Source of the DNA: a virus | Virus record (IMG/VR): IMGVR_UViG_3300048913_000162 | Direction: 5' to 3' (one strand) | DNA: 38,179 bases | Shown: piece after piece, positions 38,095 through 38,179 of the stretch | How positions within the stretch are numbered: position 1 is the first letter of the stretch | Layout: each line of letters begins with the position of its first letter | Translations under genes and position numbers: made by a program | Notes under the pieces: generated by a model | What the model was told of the DNA's origin: nothing | The model's database searches: none | Seen by the model: only the letters and a program-made list of their open reading frames with translations

Positions 38095-38179
38095 GGTTTT
38101 GTCTTTCAAGGATTTCCGCCACCCCCGATACAACCAGAATGGCGAACCAGATCACTCCGAGCAGGATCAGCATGGCGGT
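38053..38179. repeat. Terminal direct repeat copy 2, identical to 1..127
   Basis: Direct comparison of the two ends. Confidence 0.95.

Larger units (their letters stand above)
1..38179. mobile_element. Complete temperate phage genome (lambdoid regulatory layout, P22-like podovirus morphogenesis module), circularly closed contig
   Basis: All phage modules are present: immunity, replication, packaging, head, tail, lysis, recombination and int/xis/attP. The ends are identical over 127 bp and the gene order is continuous across the junction. No flanking bacterial genes. Confidence 0.9.

Noticed and set aside
1-38179. Diversity-generating retroelement, retron, CRISPR array, tRNA/tmRNA genes, or a large defence system (CBASS, Thoeris, R-M, Abi kinase and so on).
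   Set aside because: No reverse-transcriptase-like ORF was found, and no long template/variable repeat pair was noticed near the tailspike 3' end. There are no regularly spaced repeats apart from the origin iterons, and no tRNA-like T-arm/acceptor pattern. All large ORFs are accounted for by standard phage functions. A computational repeat or tRNA scan would be needed to exclude small elements completely.
38053-38179. The 127-bp end repeat as a genuine direct terminal repeat or as the LTR of an inserted element.
   Set aside because: The length equals a common maximal assembler k-mer. The repeat falls inside coding sequence (the 3' end of the 4-TM gene and the 5' end of the holin-like gene), which is reconstituted seamlessly on circularisation. 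The TerS/TerL and P22-like portal suggest headful packaging rather than short DTR ends.

Overview
The window is a complete, circularly closed genome of a GC-rich temperate phage. Positions 1..127 are identical to 38053..38179, which leaves about 38,052 bp of unique sequence. Regulation follows a lambda-like layout and the virion module is P22-like (podovirus type).

Minus strand, reading 25.7 kb down to 1 and wrapping round to 38.13..36.66 kb:
- Cro-like regulator and small HTH proteins.
- Replication module: an O-like initiator with an internal iteron origin, and a DnaC-like loader.
- A nin-like region: PAPS-reductase-like protein, J-domain protein, NinG.
- TerS/TerL, portal, scaffold, coat, decoration protein, adaptor and tail-hub proteins.
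- A fibrous protein carrying an S74 chaperone domain, two ejection-type proteins of about 600 aa, and a beta-helix tailspike.
- Lysis block: three membrane proteins, a GH24 endolysin, and Rz with an embedded Rz1.

Plus strand, 25.8..36.4 kb:
- CI-like repressor, then an AT-rich accessory slot and a PL-like promoter.
- About 25 early genes, including Erf, Gp157, an HNH-AP2 homing endonuclease, DUF551, Ea22-like and Lar.
- xis, int and an AT-rich attP.

I found no tRNA, rRNA, CRISPR array, reverse transcriptase or large known defence system.

The most interesting locus lies between the repressor gene and OL, the position rexAB occupies in lambda. A near-consensus LexA (SOS) box overlaps a promoter in front of an AT-rich orphan membrane-protein gene. 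About 480 bp of hairpin-dense, ORF-poor sequence follows, containing a 36-aa amphipathic peptide ORF and oppositely oriented intrinsic terminators. The neighbouring repressor has no recognisable autocleavage domain.

Other points worth a look are twin near-identical operator/promoter cassettes 1.78 kb apart, a recurring stem-loop in front of late genes, an orphan PAPS-reductase-like gene and a J-domain protein. All functional calls come from reading the translated ORFs and motifs by eye. No database search was run.
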